Source: an uncultured Solirubrobacterales bacterium
GTDB taxonomy: Bacteria > Actinomycetota > Thermoleophilia > Solirubrobacterales > Solirubrobacteraceae
DNA: 32,000 bases
Assembly (NCBI GenBank): GCA_963828075.1
Contig: CAWHDH010000017.1
Span: 859,821 to 891,820, forward strand
Reading direction: 5' to 3'
This document shows, in pieces, positions 23,966-32,000 of this stretch (position 1 is its first letter; each line of letters starts with the position of its first letter). The position numbers were made by a program, and so were the translations under genes. Below the pieces are notes generated by a model. It made no database searches and had not been told where the DNA came from. It saw nothing but the letters and a program-made list of their open reading frames with translations.

Positions 23966-24688
23966 ATGTCCGGCATGACGGCGAGCCCGCGGATCCTCGT
24001 GGTCGACGACGACCGGGCACTGTGCGACGCGCTCCGGCGGAGCCTGCGCCTCGAGGGGTTCGCCGTCGAAGTGGCGGCTGACGGCGGCGGCGCGCTGCGC
24101 GCCGTGGCGGCGAGTCCGCCGAGCGCGGTCGTCCTCGACGTCGGGCTGCCGGATCTCAGCGGGCGGGCCGTGTGCGCGCGGCTGCGGGCGGGTGGGATCG
24201 CGACGCCGATCCTCATCCTCTCGGCCCGCGACGAGGTCGACGACCGCATCGCCGGACTGGAGGCGGGCGCCGACGACTATCTGGTCAAGCCGTTCGAGAT
24301 GGGCGAGCTGGTGGCGCGGTTGCGCGCGCTGCTGCGGCGGGGCGCCGGCCGCGCGACCGAAGGGCCGGCGGACCCGGCGGCGATCGAGCCGCCGCTGCGG
24401 ATCGGCCGGCTGCTCCTTGATCCCGCCGCGCGGCAGGCCACCTGGGACGGCCGCGATCTGGGGCTCACCCGCCGCGAGCTCGACCTGCTCGAGGCGCTGG
24501 CGCGCAACCGCGGCATGGTGCTGACGCGCGACCGGCTGCTCGAGCTCGTGTGGGGCTACGAGTTCGCGGCCGACACCAACGTCGTCGACGTCTTCGTCAG
24601 CTACGTCCGGCGCAAGCTCGAGGCGGCCGGCGCTCCTGGCCTGATCGCCACCGTCCGCGGCGTCGGCTTCGTCCTGCGCGCGCCATGA
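23966..24688 (+). CDS. OmpR/PhoB-family response regulator
   Basis: The receiver domain has RILVVDDD...DVGLPDLSG...LILSARDEVDDRIAGLEAGADDYLVKPF. The winged-helix output has LTRRELDLLEALARNRGMVLTRDRLLELVWGY...VDVFVSYVRRKLE...TVRGVGFVL. Confidence 0.9.
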   Translation: MSGMTASPRILVVDDDRALCDALRRSLRLEGFAVEVAADGGGALRAVAASPPSAVVLDVGLPDLSGRAVCARLRAGGIATPILILSARDEVDDRIAGLEAGADDYLVKPFEMGELVARLRALLRRGAGRATEGPADPAAIEPPLRIGRLLLDPAARQATWDGRDLGLTRRELDLLEALARNRGMVLTRDRLLELVWGYEFAADTNVVDVFVSYVRRKLEAAGAPGLIATVRGVGFVLRAP

Positions 24689-26136
24689 CCGCGCCGGTCC
24701 CGCGCACGCTGACCGGGCGCGTCGCGGTCGCCGCGTCGGTCGCCGTCTGCCTGGCGCTCATCGCGGCGGCGGTCCCCATCCTCTTCGCGTCCGAGCGCGC
24801 GGATCGGCGGGCGCTGGACCGCGACCTCCGCGACAGCGCCCTGCGCCTACGTGAGACGGCCGCCGCCTCGCTCGGCGTCGGGTCCAGGCCAGGGCTCGGG
24901 ACGTCGGAGCTCCCGGAGAGCCTCCGCGCGCCCGCGGTGCTGCTGCCCGGCAGCCGGCCGACGGAGCTGTCCGGGGCCGCGCTGGACCCCGGGGAAGGGC
25001 GCTTCGCGCGCGCGCTGCGGGCGGACGGATACGGCTTCCTCACCGGTGGCGAGGTCCCGACGGGGTTCCCCGACGACGGCCGTCGCGGCCTGCGCACCGT
25101 CGAGGCAGCGGGTGAGCGCTGGCGCGTCGAGACGATCGCGCTGGGCGACCGCGCGCGGCTCGAGGTCGCCGCGCCGCTCCGGCCGATCGAGCGGCGGGCG
25201 GCGCGGCTGCGCCAGTTGGTGGGCGGAACCCTCCTGGCCGCCTTGGCCGCGGCGGGGCTGCTGGCACGGTGGCTGGCCCGCGTGGCGCTGCGCCCGCTCG
25301 CCGACCTGCGCGGCACCGCGGCATACGTGCGCGATACGGGCGACCTCGGCGCGCGCGTGTCCCGAGACGGCGCGCCCGAGGAGGTCGCCGCGCTGGCCGG
25401 CGACCTGGACGCGATGCTCACCCGGCTCGAGCGCGCCGGCGGCGAGCGCGAGGCCGCGCTGCACGCCGCCCGGCGCTTCGCCGCCGACGCCGGCCACGAG
25501 CTGCGGGCGCCGCTGACCAGCCTGCGCGCCAATCTCAGCCTGGCCGCCGACGGTCGCGCGGTCGATGGCGACCGCACAAGCGCCGTCCACGCCGCAGCCG
25601 AGGATTCGGACCGCATGGGACGGCTCGTCGACGGGCTCCAGGCGCTGGCCCGCGGGGAGGCCGGCCTCGCCGCCTCCCACGCCGTGGACCTGGGCGAGCT
25701 CGCCGACCAGGCCGTCGCTGCCGCGCGCACGCGGCATCCGCACCTCGAGATCGAGCTGCGCGTCCCGGAAGCCGGCCCGTGTGTCGACGGCGATCGCGAC
25801 GGTCTGCGGCGGATCCTCGACAACCTCCTCGAGAACGCCGCAGGGCACGGCCGCCCGGAGGGGCGGGTCGTCGTTCAGGCCGATGCGGCCGACGGCGGAG
25901 CCGCAGTGCTGACCGTCGATGACGACGGGCCCGGGATCCCCGCCGGCGAGCGCGACCGGGTCCTGGAGCGCTTCACCCGCGGCTCGACGCCACGGGCCGC
26001 CGGCACCGGCCTCGGGCTCGCGATCGTCGCCGCCGAGGCGGCCCGCCACGGCGGCTCGATCGCGCTCGAGGACGCCGCGCTCGGCGGCCTGCGCGTGCGC
26101 ATCGACCTGCCGGCTCAGTCAGTTGACCGGCACTGA
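24685..26136 (+). CDS. Sensor histidine kinase (two TM segments, HAMP-like linker, HisKA, HATPase_c)
   Basis: The start overlaps the response-regulator stop in an ATGA arrangement. Motifs present are the H-box HELRAPLTSLRANL, the N-box RILDNLLENAAGHG, G1 DDGPGIP and G2 GTGLGLAIV. Confidence 0.9.
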   Translation: MTAPVPRTLTGRVAVAASVAVCLALIAAAVPILFASERADRRALDRDLRDSALRLRETAAASLGVGSRPGLGTSELPESLRAPAVLLPGSRPTELSGAALDPGEGRFARALRADGYGFLTGGEVPTGFPDDGRRGLRTVEAAGERWRVETIALGDRARLEVAAPLRPIERRAARLRQLVGGTLLAALAAAGLLARWLARVALRPLADLRGTAAYVRDTGDLGARVSRDGAPEEVAALAGDLDAMLTRLERAGGEREAALHAARRFAADAGHELRAPLTSLRANLSLAADGRAVDGDRTSAVHAAAEDSDRMGRLVDGLQALARGEAGLAASHAVDLGELADQAVAAARTRHPHLEIELRVPEAGPCVDGDRDGLRRILDNLLENAAGHGRPEGRVVVQADAADGGAAVLTVDDDGPGIPAGERDRVLERFTRGSTPRAAGTGLGLAIVAAEAARHGGSIALEDAALGGLRVRIDLPAQSVDRH

Positions 26137-26237
26137 ACGCCCGAGTCGTAGTCCGTGCCACAAACGCCTGGTTCGATCACCTTGCGCCTTGCGGCGGTCT
26201 GCTCGCGGGCGTCGTGCGCTCGCCACAATGCGAGGCG

Positions 26238-27851
26238 ATGCCGCCGGACGCGTACGGTGCAGTGATCGAACAGGGGCGAGCGGCGCTCGCGCGTGGCGCT
26301 TGGTCGCTCGCGCGGAAGTGCTTCGCTGAGGCCCTGGCGGATGAGGAGGTGCCAGAGGCCTATGAAGGGCTCGGCATCGCGGCGCGTTACGAGCTCGATG
26401 GCGATGCAGCGTTCGAGGCTCACGAGCGCGGCTTTCGACTTGCGCGGTCGCACGCTGATGTGGCGACGGCCGCGCGACTCGCGGTCCAGCTCGGCTACGA
26501 CGCCTACGCGTTCCGCGGGCCGGCCGAGGCGCAGGGCTGGGTGGAGCGCGCCGCGATGCTGGTCGAGGCGCAGCCCCCGAGTCTCGCCTCCGCGTTCGTT
26601 CCGATGATGCAGGCGCATCTCGCGTTGCTCGCCAACCACGACCCGGAGTCCGCGCTCGTGCTCTCCGGCCACGCCGTCGCGCTGGCACGCGAGATCGGTG
26701 CGGTCGACGTCGAGATGCTCGCGCTGGCAATCAACGGCCTCGCGCACGTCAGCCTCGGCGAGGTCGGTCCCGGGATGCGGCGCCTCGATGCGGCCGCCGC
26801 GGCGGCGCTCGGTGGCGAGATGAGCGACGTCGATGCGATCGAGACCGTCTGCTGTTTCGTCATCGACGCCTGCCGTCGCGTGCGCGATCTCGAACGCGCA
26901 CGCGAGTGGTGCGAGCGGGTCCGAGAGGTGGCGACGCGCTACGGCGATCGCCAGATGTTCTCGGTCTGCCGCACGTACCACGCGGACGTGCTCATGTGGC
27001 AGGGAGACTGGGACCTCGCCGATGCGGAGCTGACCGCGGCGGCCCGCGAGCTGGCGTCGATGCGGCCGGGGCGCGAGGTCGACGCGCTCGCTCGCCTCGC
27101 CGAATTGCGGCGGCGGCAGGGACGCACGACCGAGGCCGGCGAGCTCGTCGCCGCCGCGGCCCCGCATCGGTTCCAGGTGCTCGTCGAGGGGCGCCTGGCC
27201 CTCGACCGCGGCGACGCCGCGACGGCGCTCGACGCATCGCGACGTTTCCTGCGGCTCGTCGGCGCAAGCGATCGCTTCGAGCGCGTGGCGGGCCTCGAGC
27301 TCATGGTGCGCGCGGCAGTCGCCTCCGGTGACGAGTCCGCGACGGCCGCGGTGCTCGAACTCGGCGCGATCGCGGATGCCACCCCGACCGTCCCGCTGCG
27401 CGCGGCGGCCCGGCTGGCGGATGGAAGAGTCGCCGCTGCGAGGGGTGATGCCGTCGTCGCGCAAGAACTGCTCGGTGAGGCGGCCGATCTGTACGCGCTC
27501 GCCGGTGCGAAGTACGACGCCGCGTTGGCACGGCTAGAGCTCGCCTCGGTGCTGCGCCTCGTCGGACGCGTCGAGGCAGCGTCTGAAGCGGAGACCCATG
27601 CCCAGCGCGAACTCGCGACGCTTGGTGCGCGCCGGCCCGAGCCACGCGCCGGTGGGCTTTCCGCCCGCGAGACCGAGGTCCTGCGTCTCGTCGCCCGCGG
27701 GTTGTCCAACGACGACATCGCCCGCCAACTGGTCCTGAGCGTCCGGACGGTCGAGCGCCACGCGGCGAACGTGTACGCGAAGGTCGGCGCCTCGGGGCGC
27801 ACCGCTCGGGCAATCGCGACCGCGTGGGCACACAGGCACGGAATTACGTAG
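26238..27851 (+). CDS. LuxR-family regulator with a long TPR-like helical N-terminal region
   Basis: The C-terminal HTH is LSARETEVLRLVARGLSNDDIARQLVLSVRTVERHAANVYAKVG. Repeated helical hairpins lie upstream. The start is either the ATG at 26238 or the GTG at 26214. Confidence 0.8.
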   Translation: MPPDAYGAVIEQGRAALARGAWSLARKCFAEALADEEVPEAYEGLGIAARYELDGDAAFEAHERGFRLARSHADVATAARLAVQLGYDAYAFRGPAEAQGWVERAAMLVEAQPPSLASAFVPMMQAHLALLANHDPESALVLSGHAVALAREIGAVDVEMLALAINGLAHVSLGEVGPGMRRLDAAAAAALGGEMSDVDAIETVCCFVIDACRRVRDLERAREWCERVREVATRYGDRQMFSVCRTYHADVLMWQGDWDLADAELTAAARELASMRPGREVDALARLAELRRRQGRTTEAGELVAAAAPHRFQVLVEGRLALDRGDAATALDASRRFLRLVGASDRFERVAGLELMVRAAVASGDESATAAVLELGAIADATPTVPLRAAARLADGRVAAARGDAVVAQELLGEAADLYALAGAKYDAALARLELASVLRLVGRVEAASEAETHAQRELATLGARRPEPRAGGLSARETEVLRLVARGLSNDDIARQLVLSVRTVERHAANVYAKVGASGRTARAIATAWAHRHGIT

Positions 27852-27946
27852 CGCGGGTCGGGAAGTTGGGTACCGGCGCCGATGCGCGCCGCGCCCCGCG
27901 CTGACAGCCTCAGTCGCACGTCAAGACGATGCGGAGAGGAGTTGTC

Positions 27947-28330
27947 ATGCCGAGAGTTTCGAAGCACGGAGCGTCTGAGAGGCTGACGATGGAGGGCTTC
28001 GAGGGGCGCTACGAGAAGCTCCCGGGTGGCTACACCGTCGGTTTTGAGACCTACACCACGGACGCCGACGCCGCGCCCCTGTTCCAAGGTCTTCCCGATG
28101 ACAGCTGCCAATGCCCGCACTGGGGCTACGTGCTGAGCGGACGCGTCGATTTCAAGTTCGCCGACCGCGAGGAGACCTATGAGGCCGGTGATGCATACTT
28201 CGCGCCGCCGGGGCACACGCCGGTCTTCTTCGCCGGCACAGAGATCGTCGAGTTCAGCCCGTCTGACGGTCTCGACGAGACCGTCGGCGTGATCCTCGGC
28301 AACCTCCGGGCTGCGGGGGTCGAGGTATGA
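27947..28330 (+). CDS. Cupin-domain protein
   Basis: RBS GGAGAGGAG precedes the ATG at 27947. The sequence is a beta-rich cupin-like core, CPHWGYVLSGRVDFKFADREETYEAGDAYFAPPGHTPVF. Confidence 0.7.
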   Translation: MPRVSKHGASERLTMEGFEGRYEKLPGGYTVGFETYTTDADAAPLFQGLPDDSCQCPHWGYVLSGRVDFKFADREETYEAGDAYFAPPGHTPVFFAGTEIVEFSPSDGLDETVGVILGNLRAAGVEV

Positions 28331-28962
28331 CGACCGCCGTCGAAGTCGCAGTCGGGATCACCGCCCGACAGCTCGAACTGCTCCGACGGATGGCGCAGCT
28401 GACGCCCGCTCCATGCGTGATGGGGGGCTACGCCGAGGACGCGCTGCTCGCCGGCACCGTCACCCGCCCACACGGCGACGTCGACTGGCTGTTCCCGCGA
28501 CGCGAGCTCGAGCTGCGCGTGGCACAGGCACGCGCGCTGGGCTTCGCGGAGTTCGAGACCTGGGGCGAAGCCGCGCCCGGCGAGCCGTTCTACCTGTTCG
28601 CCCAAGACGGTGACCTGAAGATCGACCTGGGGATCACCGACGAGGCAGACGGCAAACACGTGATCAGAGTGCATCGGCTTGCGTTCGACATCGCCGGCCG
28701 GGAGGCGCCGGCCGGCTACCAGGTCGTTCTCCCCGACGACACCTACGACCATCCGCCCGTCGAGATCGACGGGATCCCGATCCGCGTGGCCTCTCCGCTC
28801 GCGCTGTACCAGCTACGGGTCGGCATCGCCTCGCAAGGATCGTTCGGCGAGCTGTCCGACCGCCACCGGGAAACGTCGCGCAGACTGAACGAGGCTTTCC
28901 TCGGAGGCCGGCATGACGCCGAACTCGCACCGCCAATCGAGAAGCTTGGTACCGGTGCTTGA
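28327..28962 (+). CDS. Nucleotidyltransferase of the aminoglycoside 2''-nucleotidyltransferase (ANT(2'')/AadB)-like family
   Basis: VMGGYAEDALLAGTVTRPHGDVDW parallels the ANT(2'')-Ia segment IGGGWAIDARLGRVTRKHDDIDL. Its start overlaps the cupin stop in an ATGA arrangement. Confidence 0.65.
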   Translation: MTTAVEVAVGITARQLELLRRMAQLTPAPCVMGGYAEDALLAGTVTRPHGDVDWLFPRRELELRVAQARALGFAEFETWGEAAPGEPFYLFAQDGDLKIDLGITDEADGKHVIRVHRLAFDIAGREAPAGYQVVLPDDTYDHPPVEIDGIPIRVASPLALYQLRVGIASQGSFGELSDRHRETSRRLNEAFLGGRHDAELAPPIEKLGTGA

Positions 28963-29067
28963 AGCCGAGCGGTCGCGCTACATCGGTCCAGGCTCGCGCC
29001 TCCGCCGGTGAAGTGCGGGCCGGCACCCTGTCCGTTCGTCGACGGCACGGGCACCGAGCAGCGGACG

Positions 29068-31133
29068 ATGGCCAACGCCGCCACCCACGAGGTGCGCATC
29101 CTCGACCCACACGTGGTGAGCGTCGGGGAGGAGATCACCGTGATGATCACCGCCAACCCGAACTCGACGAGCTGCCAGGGCTTCATCCCGTTCGCCGACT
29201 TCGTCCGCAGTCATGGTGCCGGCACCGACACCGTCACGTGCGTCTACCGCGCCACGGGGCCGACGAACTTCCAGGAACCCGGCAGTCCCAGCGGCCCGGG
29301 CTACCTCGTCTATGACCGCTTCGAGGGCGACCAGGATCACGACTACCAACGCCATCCTGCCCGCCGACCGGTTCGAGCTGTCGGGCACGGGTTCGCGTCG
29401 CGGGCGAGCCGCCAGACGCGCCGGTCGAGCTGACGATCGACGGCGGCTCGCCTCCGACGCCGCGCACCGTCGCCACCAACACCGAGGGCGAGTACGGCAT
29501 CGTCCTCGCCGCGGGCACCTACACCGTCACGCCGCAGGCCGACGGCGCGGACCCGCCGTCACGCTCCGTCAACCTCACGGCCCACCGGCGTGACGTCGAC
29601 TTCGCCCTCGGCGACGAGGACGGTGACGGCCTGATCGACGCGTGGGAGCGCGACGGGGTCGACGTCGACGGCGACGACCAGATCGATCTGGACCTGCCCG
29701 CGATGGGCGCCGACCCGCGCCACAAGGACATCTTCATCGAGGTCGACGCTATGGAGCAGCACGCGTTTCCCCCGGGGGCCGCGACCCTCATGAGCGTGGC
29801 GTTCCAGGTCGCGCCCGTGCCCAATCCGGACGGGACGACGGGGATCGCCCTGCATCTCGACAACGGACCCGGCTCGATCATGGACCCGCGCACGGGCACG
29901 ACCTGGGGGGCGCTCAGCGACGCCGACCTCCTCCGCCACGACGACGTCCTGGGCACGCTGACCGGCGACGACCTCGACTGGACCGAGTTCGACGCGATCA
30001 AGGCCGCCCACTTCTCCGACAACCGCAAGCCCGCGTTCCACTACGTGGTCTCCGCACACGACCATCCCGCGGAGGGCACGCTCGGCGAGTCGCGCGGGGC
30101 ACCGGCGAGCGATCTCGTGCTCACGACGAACGGCATGTGCCCCCACTGCGAGACCGTGGATCGTGAGCAGGCCGGCAACCTCATGCACGAGCTCGGCCAC
30201 AACCTCGGCCTCCGCCACGGCGGTGGCGACGACGTCAACTACAAGCCCACCTACCTGTCGGTCATGAACTACAGCTTCGTGTACGGGCTGCTGCTCCAGG
30301 ACTTCCAGACGCGGAGGCTCGACTACGACCGCTTCGGCGCAGTGACGATCGACGAGCGGGCGCTGAACGAGACCGCGGGCTTCGGCGTCGATCCCCGGAG
30401 CCCGGCCGCACAGTTCAGCGCGGTCTTCTACTGCGGATCCGGCGGCCCGCGGCTCTACCTCCTCCCAGAGACTCCGCTCGACTTCGACTGCGACCGAGCG
30501 ATCGAGCCGCTGGTCGCGGCCGACGTCAACCGCGATGGCCAGCTCACCCGCCTCGAGCCCTACGACGACTGGGCCGGCCTGCGGTTCACGGGCGGGGCGA
30601 TCGGCGCGCTCAACGCCGCGCCGCTGCCGACCACCACGACCAGCGACGAACCGACGCTGCAGGAGGTCCTCGCCGCCGAGCATGCGCTCAAGACCCCGCC
30701 GGAGGACCCCGGGCCCTCGACCCCGCCCGGGACTCCACCCGCTGATCCGCCCCCGGCCGTCAGCGGTCCGCCGTCGCCGCAGGGCGCGCCGACGGTCCCG
30801 AGCAACCGCTTCACGATCGCCCGCGCGGTGCGCCGCCGGCGCGACGGCAGCGTGCAGATCACCATCGCCGTGCCCGGGCCCGGCCGGATCGACGCCGCGG
30901 CCACCGCCCGCGGCAGCATCCGCAAGCGACGCACGATCACCGTCGCCCGCGCCCGCGCGTCCGCCCGCCGCGCTGGGCGCGTCACCGTCACGCTGCGGCC
31001 GTCGCGCGCCGCCCGCGCCATGCTGCGCCGCGTGACGCGGCTGAAGGCCTCCGTGCGCGTCACCTTCCGGCCCGCCGGCGGCGCCCCCGCCACCCGCACC
31101 ACGACGGTCACGTTCCGGTCACCCCGGCGCTGA
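29068..31133 (+). pseudogene. Metzincin-type zinc metalloprotease, apparently interrupted by two 1-nt frameshifts. Domains: N-terminal beta domain, CarboxypepD_reg-like domain, Ca-binding DxDxDG segment, HExxHxxGxxH protease, Pro-rich linker, basic beta C-terminal domain.
   Basis: The frame of ORF 29703-31133 (codon phase 0) is clearly coding from ~29391 (VRVAGEPPDAPVELTIDGG...TNTEGEYGIVLAAGTYTVTP...DEDGDGLIDAWE). Yet it has no ATG/GTG/TTG between the stop at 29313-29315 and 29703. HELGHNLGLRHGG starts at 30186 and a Met-turn SVMNY follows. The upstream coding signal sits in the +1 phase (29068-~29346) and then the +2 phase (~29348-29389). Confidence 0.55.
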
Positions 31134-31188
31134 ACCCTGCCGTTGCTGCAGCATGTCAGGTTGCTAAGGTACAGACTTGTCCGTAACT

Positions 31189-31740
31189 ATGCCTTCCCCG
31201 CTGACAAAACACCCCCGGCTGTCCGCGCCCGAACGGCGCGCGCAGATCCTCGACGCCGCCATCGCCGAGTTCGCGAAGCACGGCTTCCACGGCGCGCGCA
31301 TCGAGGCGATCGCCGGCCGCGCCGGCATCTCGCATCCCTACCTGTTGCGCCTGTTCTCCAACAAGCGGTCGTTGTTCGTGGCCGCGGTCGACGCCGCGTT
31401 CGACCGTATCGAACGGGCCTTCCGAGCTGCCGCCGACGCCGCCGAGGGCGATCCCCTCCTGGCCATGGGCGAGGCCTATGTGGAGCTGCTCGACCGTCAC
31501 GATGACCTGAATCTTCAGTTCCACGCGTACGCGGTGGCCTCGGACAGCGACGTCGGGCCCCCGATCCGAGAGCGTGTCCGCGCGCTGCGAGATGCCGTCC
31601 AGGAGATCTCCGGCGCGCCGCCTGATCGAGTGCGGACGTTCTTCGCCGTCGGCCTCAGCCTCACGGTCGCCGCAGCACTCGAGCTTCCCGACCGGTCGTC
31701 TGAGGCGAGCTGGGCCGCGCGCCAGCTCGAGGTCGCATGA
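31189..31740 (+). CDS. TetR-family transcriptional regulator
   Basis: The N-terminal HTH is RRAQILDAAIAEFAKHGFHGARIEAIAGRAGISHPYLLRLFSNKRSLF. ATG at 31189 (a TTG at 31177 is also possible). Confidence 0.85.
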   Translation: MPSPLTKHPRLSAPERRAQILDAAIAEFAKHGFHGARIEAIAGRAGISHPYLLRLFSNKRSLFVAAVDAAFDRIERAFRAAADAAEGDPLLAMGEAYVELLDRHDDLNLQFHAYAVASDSDVGPPIRERVRALRDAVQEISGAPPDRVRTFFAVGLSLTVAAALELPDRSSEASWAARQLEVA

Positions 31741-32000
31741 CCGCGCGCCACCCCGCCACGCGCGTGATCAGCGCCCACGGACGCGTCGCCGCGCGGCGCC
31801 ACCACGTCTTCAGCGCCCTCGCCGATCTCGACACGCACGAGGCGCTGACCGATCGCCGCATGCGCATCGTCGAGCTGCACGGCCGGCGTGGCGCGCGCAC
31901 CGGAGGCCGGGTCCGCCTCCGCGGCCCGCTCGGCCTCACCCGCGAGGCGACCACGCACGTCACCGGGACGAGCTATCCCCACACGCTCGAAGGCACCGCG
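31737..32000 (+). CDS. 5' part of an SRPBCC/START-like protein (runs off the window)
   Basis: My own translation from the ATG at 31737 gives MTARHPATRVISAHGRVAARRHHVFSALADLDTHEALTD...VRLRGPLGLTREATTHVTG. The start overlaps the TetR stop in an ATGA arrangement. The pattern is typical of SRPBCC proteins paired with TetR regulators. No stop is seen before the window ends. Confidence 0.5.
   Translation, partial: MTARHPATRVISAHGRVAARRHHVFSALADLDTHEALTDRRMRIVELHGRRGARTGGRVRLRGPLGLTREATTHVTGTSYPHTLEGTA

Noticed and set aside
26115-27464. 449-aa minus-strand ORF. Similar long antisense or out-of-frame ORFs include 24597-25823(-), 24847-26049(-), 14890-16134(-), 16013-16903(-), 1271-2182(+), 2363-3655(+), 23086-24249(-) and 26939-28216(-).
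   Set aside because: These are shadow ORFs typical of >70% G+C DNA. Their translations are Arg/Ala/Pro/Gly-rich with no motifs. Each lies antisense to, or out of frame with, a gene that has clear family signatures.
27866-27880. Additional GGTACC-containing sites (TTGGGTACCGGCGC here and CTTGGTACCGGTGC at 28944-28957) as further copies of the island arm motif
   Set aside because: They lack the full GGGTACCA context or sit inside or next to unrelated genes, far from any att site. Chance occurrence of a 6-bp palindrome is the likelier explanation.
31144-31153. 10-bp palindrome TGCTGCAGCA upstream of the TetR gene as its operator
   Set aside because: It is too short to distinguish from chance. 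It is positioned 36 nt upstream of the ATG with no second half-site.

Overview
High-G+C, actinobacterial-type chromosomal window in which nearly every real gene has long antisense or out-of-frame shadow ORFs. The main feature is a ~10.2-kb integrative island inserted into the 3' half of a tRNA-Gly(GCC) gene (intact tRNA at 3668-3741). Perfect 50-bp direct repeats bound it (3694-3743 and 13861-13910). Its right end carries a tyrosine integrase, a DUF2442 gene and an excisionase, flanked by GGGTACCA repeat motifs, and a second short tyrosine recombinase sits mid-island. The cargo is mostly conflict-type genes: a class-II Fic protein, an RHH-like protein, orphan Imm8-like and SUKH/SMI1-KNR4-like immunity proteins, an MTHFR-like protein, and a two-gene ORFan module. 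The upstream ORFan has a HEPN-like RNxxxH motif and is my best candidate for an undescribed defence or abortive-infection module. Left flank: an epimerase-like 3' end, a small collagen-like secreted protein, and a Pat-type GNAT/NDP-forming acyl-CoA synthetase fusion. A heavily structured intergenic element there has a 30-nt head that recurs at 16359-16388. Right flank: a secreted protein with ~30 17-residue repeats and a tail-fibre S74 chaperone C-terminus, then a sigma region-4 protein overlapping a convergent MEDS-LuxR regulator. Next come a lipoprotein, a repeat-rich hypothetical, a 40-bp intergenic tandem repeat, an FN3 secreted protein, an MBL hydrolase and a decayed LAL-regulator fragment. 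The window ends with an OmpR/HK two-component pair, a TPR-LuxR regulator, a coupled cupin/ANT(2'')-like pair, a metzincin gene apparently broken by two frameshifts, and a TetR/SRPBCC pair. No CRISPR array, rRNA or transposase was seen. All functional calls come from reading motifs by eye; no database searches were run.
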